A stretch of DNA of 64,000 nt from a virus (Duplodnaviria; Caudoviricetes), in IMG/VR virus record IMGVR_UViG_3300026522_000021, one strand, 5' to 3'. A program made the position numbers and the translations under genes. Under the pieces are notes generated by a model. That model saw only the letters and a program-made list of their open reading frames with translations. It did no database searches and had not been told where the DNA came from. Numbering within the stretch: position 1 is the stretch's first letter; the number at the start of each line of letters is the position of its first letter. This document shows positions 18,194-28,974 of this stretch, piece after piece.

Positions 18194-18703
18194 ATTATCC
18201 TCTAAGGAATAGCCACTTCAACCAGTCTGGCAAATCGCTATTTATAATCACACCAAAATACCATTTGTTTAGTGCGATAACTGCCACAACAATGACAGCT
18301 ATCGCAATCGCAATTAAAATCTTCTTTACCATTTCTTAATCCCAAGCGTAAAGAAACTCATGTTCATTTGGCTTGCTGTATTTAGCGAAATCATTTTCTT
18401 GATCGTCAAGTTTTGCAAACCGTTTCTTTTCGCTGTGTTTATAGTTCTTCTTTCCGTACCAATCACTGTTGGTTTTATCATAGTCCGTTCTGGTTTCCAG
18501 ATGTTTACACTTTTTAAAACGTCCAACATCACCGACAAATTCTTTCGATGATACTCCAGTCACATCTTCATAGACTTTTGCCTGATGAACAGCCTTATTA
18601 AATGTTTTCTTGCGTCTTTCACCTCTATCGCACATAATGACCCCCACTAAATGTACTAATATAGTCAAAAACTTTCCAATAAAATCCGTCTTTTATTGGA
18701 GTT

Positions 18704-19468
18704 TTACGCAGATGTTAATTCGGCTTCTATTTCATCCTCAAATCTCTGCTCAAGCTCCAATATAGACTTTCCATTCCCTTTCATCGGTTCGCATAATCTG
18801 TATTCAAGACCTTTCAATCTCTTCCAATACTTCGGAAGATACCGATAAATAGATTTTAATTCCTTCAAGTTTTTATTTCGGCAGCACCAACAACTTACTC
18901 GATCTAAACAATCATATAGATCAACCCCACCCTCTTGCCACGCATAACCTTTGCTTCTGCAATATCTCAGGCAGTCTGCTTCGGTCATATTCCATTCGAC
19001 TAAAGGGAGAACCTTTCCTTCATGCTTTGCTTTCTCAAATCGTTGCGGCTCGTCAGCTGCAATTCCAACATAATCAGTCACATCATCATCAATAGTTTTC
19101 TTAAACTTGTCTATTGCTTGTAACTTTCCAGATGTTCCCCATCTACAAGCTCCACCACACCAACTGAAGCCATAATGATAACCTTCTTGTTTTCTATACT
19201 TGACTTCCCTGATTAACATAGAGATCCAGAATGGTTCTTGCGGATGCAGTTCAACGTATTCAATATTTAATTCTTTTAGTTTCGATTTAATTTCATCTCT
19301 TATATGATAGATTGAATCGAATTCCATTCCTGTATCGTAAAATACTACATAGTCAAGCGGATAATTCTTCTCTATCAACATAAGTAACATTGCTAAACTA
19401 TCTTTTCCAAAACTTACACTTGCAATATATTTCACACCGACCACTAACCAGATCGCGGCAATGGTCAA
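18704..19468 (-). CDS. PAPS-reductase-family (PP-loop) protein
   Basis: SVSFGKDS PP-loop, DTGMEF, GIAADE, RVSCWCC. Confidence 0.85.
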   Translation of the reverse strand: MTIAAIWLVVGVKYIASVSFGKDSLAMLLMLIEKNYPLDYVVFYDTGMEFDSIYHIRDEIKSKLKELNIEYVELHPQEPFWISMLIREVKYRKQEGYHYGFSWCGGACRWGTSGKLQAIDKFKKTIDDDVTDYVGIAADEPQRFEKAKHEGKVLPLVEWNMTEADCLRYCRSKGYAWQEGGVDLYDCLDRVSCWCCRNKNLKELKSIYRYLPKYWKRLKGLEYRLCEPMKGNGKSILELEQRFEDEIEAELTSA

Positions 19469-19623
19469 TTATTAAATCCTCCCATGCTAATGGCAATGCC
19501 TTCACGCTGTAACTAATAATTCTACACGCAACTTATCAATCTTTGCGAAACCCGGTCTACCGGGATTGGTGTTACTCCTTTTCTTTATTTTTTAAAATTA
19601 AATTATTTTGCATTATTTATTTC

Positions 19624-20442
19624 CTATTCACCGATATAAACCAACTTGTCTATGTATTCTCTATCTTCTCCTGCAAAAATCGGTATATTATCATCGGCAA
19701 CCCAATCAGAGCCACAGTATTTTACACAACTTCCTCGTTTCATAACGGTAGGATAATCATCCCAATTTACACCTTTTTCTTTGAGTAACATTTCCTTTAT
19801 TTCATTGCAACTCTTATTCTGAAGTTGTTTCTGCGTGAAGCATGATTGCCCAAGCATTTGTATACTATTTCTTATTGCATCAAGCTGTCTCCAATAGAAA
19901 TAATTTGTCACTTCTTCTTTTGTAAGATTAAAACATCTGGAGTCGAACATTGCGCCCCTTATTTTGGCTTTATAATAGACTTCATGTTGCTTCAATATTT
20001 TTCTTTCGTTATCTGATAAACGTCTATTTGTTCCACCTTCATCCCAATCTTCAATATTTTCTCTTCCAAACATATCAATGTTTGCCTCAAAATTTCTATT
20101 GAATATAAGAGTTGCTATAGAAGCTGTTACGCTACATACCTTTTGCACTTCATAGCCAAAGAACGCTTCAGTGTTTAATGATTTATAATCAATCAGCAAC
20201 AAAGAAATCTCATCGGATTGATGATAACCAAGAACGCATCCCTGAATGTTCACGCATAAATACTTCATCGTATCTTGCATAGTTTTTATCAATAAAGAAT
20301 CAAACGGCTTTTCAAAACATCTTGTAAAAGTATGAAATGCTTTTCCGTCAATGCGTATAATAACTGGCATCCTTCTTATTAAAGAGTTTTTTGGAACGCT
20401 CTCATACGTTTTCATCCTCTTTGCCAAATCGCTATTATCCAT
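19624..20442 (-). CDS. Thg1-like tRNA(His) guanylyltransferase / 3'-5' polymerase
   Basis: IRIDGKAFHTFT, YHQSDEISL, FDSR, WRQLDAIRNS. Confidence 0.92.
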   Translation of the reverse strand: MDNSDLAKRMKTYESVPKNSLIRRMPVIIRIDGKAFHTFTRCFEKPFDSLLIKTMQDTMKYLCVNIQGCVLGYHQSDEISLLLIDYKSLNTEAFFGYEVQKVCSVTASIATLIFNRNFEANIDMFGRENIEDWDEGGTNRRLSDNERKILKQHEVYYKAKIRGAMFDSRCFNLTKEEVTNYFYWRQLDAIRNSIQMLGQSCFTQKQLQNKSCNEIKEMLLKEKGVNWDDYPTVMKRGSCVKYCGSDWVADDNIPIFAGEDREYIDKLVYIGE

Positions 20443-21514
20443 TATTTATCCTTTCTTTATCACATAAAACAATCTCACTTCTAATCGGGCATCCTCCCAT
20501 ACACTCTCTTCTTCTTTCGCAATTCGGACACGAATTTCTAAAATGATTTCTGAAATCTTCAAACACTTCACTGTCCCATGCGTTCTGAATAGTATCGTTT
20601 GAAATGTCATACGCCCATTTCATGTCCTGATTGTCAAAGCTGCACGGCAGAGCTTTCATGTCTGATGTAATATACATTGACCATCTACCGCCCTCGCAAG
20701 TGTCAAAACTATCAGGATTGATTTTTGTTGTGAAATTGATTAGTCCGGGAACAGTACAGCTATCAAACCCGATTTTAAAATCATGATCGTAATTTTCTAC
20801 AATATTGAAAAACTTAGAAACTCTGCTATCGTTCACCTGTAAAACATTATCGGATTGACCAAGCCCAACAGGTTTATGAAGAAGGAATATAATCGCATTA
20901 ACGCCCTTTGGAAAATCGTTATCCTCAAGTCTTTGAATTGCTTCGTCAATGGAATTTTTTCCGAGAACATAATGGATGTTTGTCTTTACTCCTTCATCAA
21001 TAAGCATCTTAATTGCTCTAAGTGTATGTGGCTGTCTGTACCAACTGATTGCTACTGCGCCGCAATACTTCCTGCAAAGAGAAACAATCTCGTCATTAAA
21101 TCCTAATCCCGAAGATGTGAAATTAGGAACGATATTATTTTCGCGGCAGTATTGAAGGATCTCTTTGAAGTTTTCATGTTGATCTACATCGCCACGACCG
21201 CCAAGCGCAAGCTGATAACATTTTCCTTTACACTCATCAACAATTCTTTTAAAGTTTTCCAATGTCATGTTTGGATATTTCGTTTCAAGTCCGTTCTGAT
21301 AACACTGAACACCTGACTTGATACATAATCCGCTGCGTCCATGCTTGCAAAATCCCATTACGCCCACATCTATCAGTTCAGGGAATGAACTCATAAACGG
21401 ATCAACGCCTGTATCTTTCCCATGTTCATCAAGAATACCTGACCGCATATAGAACCCTGTATCTGGATTAAACATTGAAATGTATCTGTTCTTCTTGTCG
21501 TATTTGCGAATCAT
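20435..21514 (-). CDS. Radical SAM/SPASM protein with expanded cluster motif
   Basis: CKHGRSGLCIKSGVQCY (CX7CX6C), ALGGRGD, SPASM CEGGR..LPCSF..CPNC..CMGGCP. Confidence 0.88.
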   Translation of the reverse strand: MIRKYDKKNRYISMFNPDTGFYMRSGILDEHGKDTGVDPFMSSFPELIDVGVMGFCKHGRSGLCIKSGVQCYQNGLETKYPNMTLENFKRIVDECKGKCYQLALGGRGDVDQHENFKEILQYCRENNIVPNFTSSGLGFNDEIVSLCRKYCGAVAISWYRQPHTLRAIKMLIDEGVKTNIHYVLGKNSIDEAIQRLEDNDFPKGVNAIIFLLHKPVGLGQSDNVLQVNDSRVSKFFNIVENYDHDFKIGFDSCTVPGLINFTTKINPDSFDTCEGGRWSMYITSDMKALPCSFDNQDMKWAYDISNDTIQNAWDSEVFEDFRNHFRNSCPNCERRRECMGGCPIRSEIVLCDKERINNG

Positions 21515-21529
21515 ATTTTCCTTTCTGAA

Positions 21530-22282
21530 TTAAAGGCTTGTCTGTGACGTAATGAAACAAATCTTTTCTCCTGTTTCAGTATTCACACCCATACCTTCAA
21601 CCCTAACTTCATAATTCCATGTATCAAACTTTACTTTGTCGCGCTGTTCATCAAGACAAACTATTTTAAATCTGACCATCCCTTTGAAATTCTTGATGAT
21701 AGTTCTGCACCATTCGCCATATTTTTCTAAGAAGTCTGGCTTACGTTTTAAAATGTTTTCAAGTGTATCAACACATACCATTCCTGCGTCCGCGCAGAAA
21801 CTTCCGATTTCTTCTTTTGTTTCTGAATCGAATGTCGTACATCCCCAATCGCCGTAAATCGTATCGCGACATAACGGGAGGGAGTCTAAATCAAATCCTC
21901 TGCACCATTCATTAGTTGTATAGCAAGGGTCTGTAATAACTATGTCGCCTTCCATATCAACCCATTCGCTGTCAAGCAATCTCTCCAGTGACCACAACAT
22001 TGATTTACAACTCTGAAGAACACCGAAACCTAATTCAGTATTTACATACTGTTCTTCTTTTAAGTAATCATCATTCTGATTTACGCATTTTATTCCATGA
22101 ATAAGCCATTTGAAATCATCCGCTGACGCGTCCTGACAAGTCCTAACTTTTTCGATTAAATATTTCTTATCAACATTTTGTAAGTTATCATCTTGATTGA
22201 TTAGTTTACATGTCAATTGAACAGCAACGCCGATATCGTGAAGCGCTTCTTCTTTCTTTTGTTCATACCATTGGTTGTCCAT
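21530..22282 (-). CDS. Hypothetical protein
   Basis: 250 aa; ITDPCY and FCADAGMVC are conserved-looking motifs. Confidence 0.6.
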   Translation of the reverse strand: MDNQWYEQKKEEALHDIGVAVQLTCKLINQDDNLQNVDKKYLIEKVRTCQDASADDFKWLIHGIKCVNQNDDYLKEEQYVNTELGFGVLQSCKSMLWSLERLLDSEWVDMEGDIVITDPCYTTNEWCRGFDLDSLPLCRDTIYGDWGCTTFDSETKEEIGSFCADAGMVCVDTLENILKRKPDFLEKYGEWCRTIIKNFKGMVRFKIVCLDEQRDKVKFDTWNYEVRVEGMGVNTETGEKICFITSQTSL

Positions 22283-22349
22283 CCTATATACTCCATGTCT
22301 TGAATGATTGGGCGGTCTTACGCCGCCCGATGTGTTTATGAATTACCGT

Positions 22350-23108
22350 TTAGAACGCTTCGCCGTTATAGATTCTGATGGAGAAGCACGGAACAACCCC
22401 ATAGACGTAGCTCGCGTAGCTGCTGCTCAAGTAGCCGTGGATGCCGACAAGCATGAAGTAGGTCGCGACGCTCAAGTGGGGGGAGCAAGTCCAATACCAA
22501 TATGTTTCTCCATCTTTATTGTTCTTACATCTTTCCGCTTCTGTCTGCAAACCATTGAATAGAATGTCATCTTTGCCAGAATGATATTCTGTTTCTTTAA
22601 GGTTAGCCAAAGAAAGAAGATTTACTTTTCTCCTGAATGTCACAACCTTGCCATCTGCGCTTGCGATATGCTCGATGATCTTCATACTATCAACAAGCTC
22701 TTTCGGCATCTTGTCTGTGAAATCATCAAGATATTTTTCCATATCATCAATGCTGGACTCGCCAACAATATCTCTTGACACAAAATACACATCATCGTAT
22801 TCATCCGTCTTGTTGATATGTTCAACCACAAAAGTTACAACCTTGTCACCTACAGGAACGTCAAGCGTATCCTTCAGTCTGTATGTGTCTTTGACAACAT
22901 CTGATATTTTCCGATCAGAATAACACGTATATCCATGTCTATATGTACAATCTTCAGCGCCGATTTCCTCAAGCTCTAAATCCTTATCATTCACAGCTTC
23001 AAGAACAACGCCGTTAACCAGTTTCACATAATTCTTTCCTGTGCGTTTGTCGCGAAATCTCTTTACACCCTCCATGATTTGTTCTCCTTGTATTGAATTA
23101 TCTTGCAT
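22350..23108 (-). CDS. C-type-lectin-fold protein, probable DGR target (DUF6273-like)
   Basis: C-terminal WYWTCSP...GVVPCF; GC-rich NNC-codon variable-repeat-like 3' end; downstream GC hairpin. Confidence 0.75.
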   Translation of the reverse strand: MQDNSIQGEQIMEGVKRFRDKRTGKNYVKLVNGVVLEAVNDKDLELEEIGAEDCTYRHGYTCYSDRKISDVVKDTYRLKDTLDVPVGDKVVTFVVEHINKTDEYDDVYFVSRDIVGESSIDDMEKYLDDFTDKMPKELVDSMKIIEHIASADGKVVTFRRKVNLLSLANLKETEYHSGKDDILFNGLQTEAERCKNNKDGETYWYWTCSPHLSVATYFMLVGIHGYLSSSYASYVYGVVPCFSIRIYNGEAF

Positions 23109-23745
23109 TTCCTATATTATAGCATTGTTCTTTATGTATGTCAATGATTATCTTGTTTTATCTATTCGATATTTCCAATTGCTTTTTCAAGAAGTTCCAT
23201 CGCAACCTCAGTATTAACACACCATCCTCGATCATCCGAATAAAAGACATATGGTGAATCAATATCTAATAGTTTTTCAAATTCAGATTTAATTGTTTCA
23301 GACGTATTCTTATCTTTCGACTTCATAAGCGCTGCGCATCTCCTGTAAAAATCCAATTTTGAAAAAGCATGATTATCTGCTGTCTTTCGTTTTTGAATAT
23401 TCTTATTTTCTGCCACTGATACCTCAACTAATGCTGTTCAAATAGAACACATTATCTTCTATCTTGTTATTGATTGTGACAGACACAGGATTAAAATCAT
23501 GATTTCCAAATCGCTTTACTGTTCTTGAATTGCATATCAAACATTTTATATGTTCATATCCATCGCAGATTTTACGTATATCATCAACATTACTTGTGTC
23601 CGTCAGTATATATTTGTTTTTCCTTGTCTCATCTTTGATTATCATTTGTTCATCCTCGGAACTATGAATTCATTATCCATCCACTTAATCAATAGGACAT
23701 CGCGACAAACATATACTCTTGGCTTTATGCGCCAAACAAATTTTT

Positions 23746-24225
23746 CTATTGCTCTCTTGGCTTTTGATAACATTCTCTCACCTCCCTTACTGGCGTATCC
23801 ACTGGTGGAGCATCCAGAACTTCGATCTTTTCAACGATAATCCTTTTATCGCCACGCTTTGTTGCTACCTGTACGCGACTGCCAACCGCAAGTCTTTCAG
23901 GATGCTTCGTTTTCTTCGTCATGCGCCAGACATAAGTTTTTCCATCTGGTTCATGTTTCCCATAGACATACTTTGTCGGAACATTTTTATAATGTGCCTT
24001 GTTTGCAATTGTTATTTCAGCACATTCAACGCCACGATAAAGCAAAACCAAATAACGAATATATCCATCAATAAGCTCGCCAGCTGTATTAACAATAATC
24101 TCTTTCCCAATGTCCTCGCCGTTATCATAGTCTATATTGACATTTGCGATCTTATAATCATTCGGTATTGACTGTTTGAATTTTTCTGGAATGATAATAT
24201 CTTTTAAGTTCAATTCCATCGTCAT
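23746..24225 (-). CDS. ParB/Srx-like N-terminal domain protein
   Basis: EIIVNTAGELIDGYIRY motif. Confidence 0.55.
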   Translation of the reverse strand: MTMELNLKDIIIPEKFKQSIPNDYKIANVNIDYDNGEDIGKEIIVNTAGELIDGYIRYLVLLYRGVECAEITIANKAHYKNVPTKYVYGKHEPDGKTYVWRMTKKTKHPERLAVGSRVQVATKRGDKRIIVEKIEVLDAPPVDTPVREVRECYQKPREQ

Positions 24226-24308
24226 GTGTTTTCATCCTTTCTTAGTTTTTCAATATGTAATTTTTCTGTGTACCACATGCAAAAATTTCCAGTTCTTAAA
24301 AACTATGA

Positions 24309-24935
24309 TTAACTGAACAAGCTCGTTAAAACTCTCGGAACATAAGTTTTATTATCGAGATCGGAAATAACTGTCAGTAAATCGCCAAACATAGAAGCAT
24401 CCATCTTACACTCGGCAAGCTGCCGAAGTACAGACAATTCGTTTTTAATCTGCCTTCTATTCTTCAGGCGCGTTTTCAACATGTTATATGTAGATGCGAT
24501 ATCTTCACCGTTAATATCGCTAAATTCTATGTAGTGCTGAATGTCTGTTATTTCCTTATCTGTATTACTAAGAAGATCGGAAAGCTCACTCCTTCTATTC
24601 TCGGCATCGTCAATAAATTTCTTAACGCCTTCTATCTTTTTCCGAAGCTCTTCTATCTGCGGAGATAATAACAGTTGTTCAGGCTTTCTTTCTTCCTTTG
24701 GATTTTCCGCTTGATCCTGTTCTGGATGCTTAACAACTGTAAAACCTACATCTTCTTCAACCACACGATATAGCTTTCGTTTCTTTGGCGTTAAATTATT
24801 CTTCAGAACCTTCTCGGCTTTCCATTTTTCCAGAAACTCGTCAGCCAAAGCTCGGCTTCTGGCAGCTACATACTTTCCATCTATATCCCTCCTGATATAA
24901 TTTTTGTTTCCATCAGTGATAACATAGAGCGCCAT
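24309..24935 (-). CDS. Coiled-coil hypothetical phage protein
   Basis: DKEITDIQHYIE...RRQIKNEL...YVPRVL. Confidence 0.6.
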   Translation of the reverse strand: MALYVITDGNKNYIRRDIDGKYVAARSRALADEFLEKWKAEKVLKNNLTPKKRKLYRVVEEDVGFTVVKHPEQDQAENPKEERKPEQLLLSPQIEELRKKIEGVKKFIDDAENRRSELSDLLSNTDKEITDIQHYIEFSDINGEDIASTYNMLKTRLKNRRQIKNELSVLRQLAECKMDASMFGDLLTVISDLDNKTYVPRVLTSLFS

Positions 24936-25405
24936 ACAATACCTCCCTATTTTCTTGCATTATTTATTATGCTAATATGGAAGTTGCGCCATGTTAAACG
25001 CAACTCCATAGTTGAGAATATGTAAATATTTATTTATGACAGGATAGCCATGCACCCGAAACCACTGTCATATACAGGTGTTCTATCCTTGATTAGATGG
25101 CTAATCTTTTTCTTGGATACGCCCTTGCATTCAGGATGCACGAGCCTTTCTTCCTGCACATATTCATTACGTTCCTTTGATGTGTCAAAAACAAGGACAT
25201 CATTTGTTCCTTCATACAGCGCATAGAATTGTTTCTTCATTTTGATACTCCTTTATTAGATTTATTATGCGCGAAATTCCATCCCCGAACGAACAAGATA
25301 ATATTAAATAAAAATATTCTTTTATTCAATCGCGTTTTGCTTTATCTTGTATTATTTCTATGTAATTATCGAAACCGCCAAAGCGGTCACGATAATGATA
25401 TATAA

Positions 25406-26395
25406 TTATCCGTTGGATACAAAAGGCATCAGCACTTTCTTTAGCGTTGTGACGTTCTGTTCTACAACGCCGTATTCTTCAGCGAGCGACATAATTTTCC
25501 GCGAGTCATCCGAATTTCTAATAGACATAATCAATCTGTCTGTTTCTTCCTTGCCTACAGCGTCAACCATGAAATCATAGAAACCACGCAGATATAGTGT
25601 CCTTGCATTGATGTTGATATCGAGCTTATTCTTTATGTCGCGATTAAACAATCTGCTGATATGCCCAGCCCAATATTCTGGCGGTCTATCATTGAATTCT
25701 TTTTCAAACTTTGCTCTTGTTGGGAACTTGAAATATGATCCGCGATAGCTTAACAACAGATAGCTGCCTCGATGTGCTGGATATTCATCCATGTGATTTA
25801 TCTTAACAAGCAATTCATAAAGCCTATCAGATAATTGGATCTCGCGTCCCTTAACGATTGCTGTTTTCTTTTCGTGATTGATATCATCTTCCTTCAGGTT
25901 AACAATGTCAATGGCTTCAGGAAAACCCTCATAGAACATACGGATAATCGCTTCTTGATAATCCGCGTGCTCTTCTATCTGGTCATTCCTTATTCGCTCG
26001 ATTGCTTCTTCCATCGCATCTTTATCAAAAATTTTTACATCATCAGCGAAAAGCGCAACAACATTTCTTCCTTTAATCTTTTTATCGTTACAAGGATTTT
26101 TGATTACTTCATAATTGTCAATGTACCAGTTAAAGAAATCACGGAGAATTGACAGCAATGTATCATACGTCCTATAAGACATTTTATATACTTTATTGGA
26201 AAATGATTTATTACTAAACGTCTTTATCATCTCGGCAATTTCTTGCGATTCCATGTCAACAAGTGGCTTGCCTATTTCTTTTTCATAAGCGTATAATTCA
26301 GGTCTGTCGATCTGTCCTCGTATCTTCTTCGCCGTTGTTTCAGGTCTTGTAGTAAAATACTCATCCAACAAAGACGCTGTATCTTTCTTTGCCAT
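25406..26395 (-). CDS. Tyrosine-recombinase-fold protein lacking the catalytic set; probable YopR/MrpR-like repressor
   Basis: Integrase N-terminal SAM-like region (LRDFFNWYID..KNP), MFYEG..IVNLKEDDI; no HxxR or catalytic Tyr motif. Confidence 0.6.
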   Translation of the reverse strand: MAKKDTASLLDEYFTTRPETTAKKIRGQIDRPELYAYEKEIGKPLVDMESQEIAEMIKTFSNKSFSNKVYKMSYRTYDTLLSILRDFFNWYIDNYEVIKNPCNDKKIKGRNVVALFADDVKIFDKDAMEEAIERIRNDQIEEHADYQEAIIRMFYEGFPEAIDIVNLKEDDINHEKKTAIVKGREIQLSDRLYELLVKINHMDEYPAHRGSYLLLSYRGSYFKFPTRAKFEKEFNDRPPEYWAGHISRLFNRDIKNKLDININARTLYLRGFYDFMVDAVGKEETDRLIMSIRNSDDSRKIMSLAEEYGVVEQNVTTLKKVLMPFVSNG

Positions 26396-26470
26396 ACACC
26401 TACACCTCCTTACTTAAATATGTACCATAAAACCAAGGAAATGTCAATGTATATAAATATCTTGCGTTAT

Positions 26471-26974
26471 TTAGTAAGCATCAAGAATTGGAAACTGTGA
26501 CTGCATAGCACGGCAGATGCGCATAAGCATATCAACGTCTTTTATCTCGCCCATATAGTATTTTAAATTTTCCTTCTGCACAGTTGTTAACTGCTCTATA
26601 AGTAGTGTACTCGGCGCAGTCAGTCCGTATTTCTTATGATCCCATATCTCCACATGGCAAGGCAGATTTCTTTTGTTCATTTTAGTTGTCAACGGAATAG
26701 CATTTATCACCGTGCTATGCTGATTGTTCTTGTCATTCGAGATAATAAATACTGGTCTATGACCGCCCTGAATACTGCCATCCTGTGACGGAAGATTAGC
26801 CATCCAGATTTCTCCGCATTTAACATCACGACTTTCAGCCCCGATGAATTCAACACTATTATTTTCGTATTTAATGAAGAACGTCATAGGCTGCGCAGAT
26901 TTTCCATCTCGTCTTGCCTGTGTTCTTATTCTTGTTGATGCATTCATCATAAGCCTCCAGTCTCCAGATACCAT
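26471..26974 (-). CDS. PemK/MazF-family endoribonuclease
   Basis: GEIWMANL..GSIQGGHRPVFIISND..N..VINAIPLTT..LLIEQLTTV. Confidence 0.88.
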   Translation of the reverse strand: MVSGDWRLMMNASTRIRTQARRDGKSAQPMTFFIKYENNSVEFIGAESRDVKCGEIWMANLPSQDGSIQGGHRPVFIISNDKNNQHSTVINAIPLTTKMNKRNLPCHVEIWDHKKYGLTAPSTLLIEQLTTVQKENLKYYMGEIKDVDMLMRICRAMQSQFPILDAY

Positions 26975-27706
26975 TAAAAATCATCTAATGGTTTAGTTAT
27001 GTTGTCATTCGATTTCCTTTTTACATAGAAATCATATCCGGGTTTAATCAACACCAGTTTTCCACATCTCGGAAGATCATAACCAAAGTAAGGCTTTTTA
27101 TCTTTATTCTTATTCAGTTTGATCCTCATGAACCGTCCAACCGCATTGATAATTTCCACCGTGCGATCATCTGATTTGTTTGTGTATTTGATTGTACCAT
27201 CATTCTTTAAATCGCCAGTGCCAATGAATAACCCTGTTGTCTTGTGGTTTATTCCAATAAAGTATCTATTCCAATTCATGTTACCACTCCTGAAATATGT
27301 GGTGTACTGCATCGAACAATACACCACATTTTCCATTATTCTTCTGTAGCTTCATTATAATGTTTTTCGTTTTTATAAATGTTCTCCTCGTATTCAAATG
27401 CTTCTTTTGCATCCTCAAAACATTTACCGTCACTTGCCATCCATGTAGCGTTTACAAGAGTAAGACGATCTTTAATTCTTGTACGATAGCTTTTTGAAAT
27501 GAAGCCGCTGTTGCCATCAAAATACTGCTCTGGTATCAGTTCCTTCGCCCTAACCTTCATCCATCCGTTGCCATTATTATTTCCTGCCGCCGAAGGAGAA
27601 TAGATCAAAGCCATGATATGATTTTCCTGAAACACGCTAAACACATCAACCATACAGTTATGTTTCTTATAATACATTCTCTCCATCGTTATCGCCCCCA
27701 AACGTG

Positions 27707-28857
27707 TTACATGTCTACTTCTTCAGGCTCGTTCATGAAGTCAGAAGAAACATCCTCATGTTTTTCAATATCGGATTTTTCTGCTTCTTCAACGCCATCA
27801 TCTTCATGTTCATCGGATGCCTCGATATCCACATCATCGAAGAACCGATCCCATACCTTTTCGATCTCATCATGTCTGCGCTTGATATTCGCGTTCTTTG
27901 CAGAACCACCCTTGCAAGCATCGGAGTAAGCATCGGACACGATCACGCCATTTCCGAAAAGTTCTACCATGAAATCGCCCATCAGCTTATCAGAAATCTC
28001 ATCATCAATAGCCTGTTTGATCCACGGAACAAGCGAGATCATATGCGTTTCAGAAACCATTTTCTTTCTAACAGCCTTCGCAACCTTCGCATTGTCGTAC
28101 TCCTCAAGCACATTATAGATTGCGTAAATCTTATCCAGAACAGAAACGACCTCATCGCGCTCGGCATCGCTCATCTTCGTTTCCTGCATCACTTCGTTGA
28201 AAGTTCTGCTTTCAAAAGATACATCATCAATGTCCTCGTTCAGCATCATCCATACCTTCATGATGATCGGGAGCTGCTTTCTGGTTGCAAGCGCCTTTTC
28301 GGTCATGGTGTTCTGGAAAAGCTCATGCTTTCCAATATCAGAAACGGTGATGATGTCAACACAGTTAGCAATGTTGCGCTCTTTAGTGGAAAGGGGCTTT
28401 CCATTGTTCAGCTTCGCGAACAGCATCCGAACCTGTTCAGGAGTGATATCCTCGTAATAGTAGATCGTCAGGTGATAATCCTTGATTGCATCCTGAATCT
28501 CTTCGGGAAGGTCTTTAAAGTATTTCCCTTCAAGCCATTCCGTCTGCTCATTGCCCTCTGCATCAGTATATGTAATCTCAGGAACGCCAATCAGGTAATA
28601 CTCGTTCTCGATGAAGCCACGAATAGCATTGATGCGCTGCTTTCCATCAAGGAAATCATATGTTCTTCCGTCAACCTTCTTTGCGTAAAATGGCGGTACA
28701 GGATATCCTTCAATCAGGGAATGAATCAGGTTACTCTTCCTTGTCTGTTCCCATACATAGGATCTCTGGATGATATTGTCGAAACTGAATGTTCCGTTTC
28801 CTGCCATTTTCGCGATCTGCTTACAACTCCATGTAATGTTTGCTTTGTTAAGTGCCA
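27707..28857 (-). CDS. DUF262 (GmrSD/ParB-like) domain protein
   Basis: IQRSYVW, LIHSLIEGYPVP, LDGKQR, FAKLNNGKPL; start placed at MALNKA after GGAGG. Confidence 0.85.
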
Positions 28858-28974
28858 TTTCTTTATCCTCCTTTGTTTGATTTGCTTTGTGTTCTTTGTT
28901 TACTACCTCTCTATGTGAACATGTTACCACATAAAGAGGTAGATGTCAACTATTATTTTGAATTATTTTTTAAT

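Noticed and set aside
27704-28918. 404-aa + strand ORF
   Set aside because: Antisense shadow of the DUF262 gene; no motifs.
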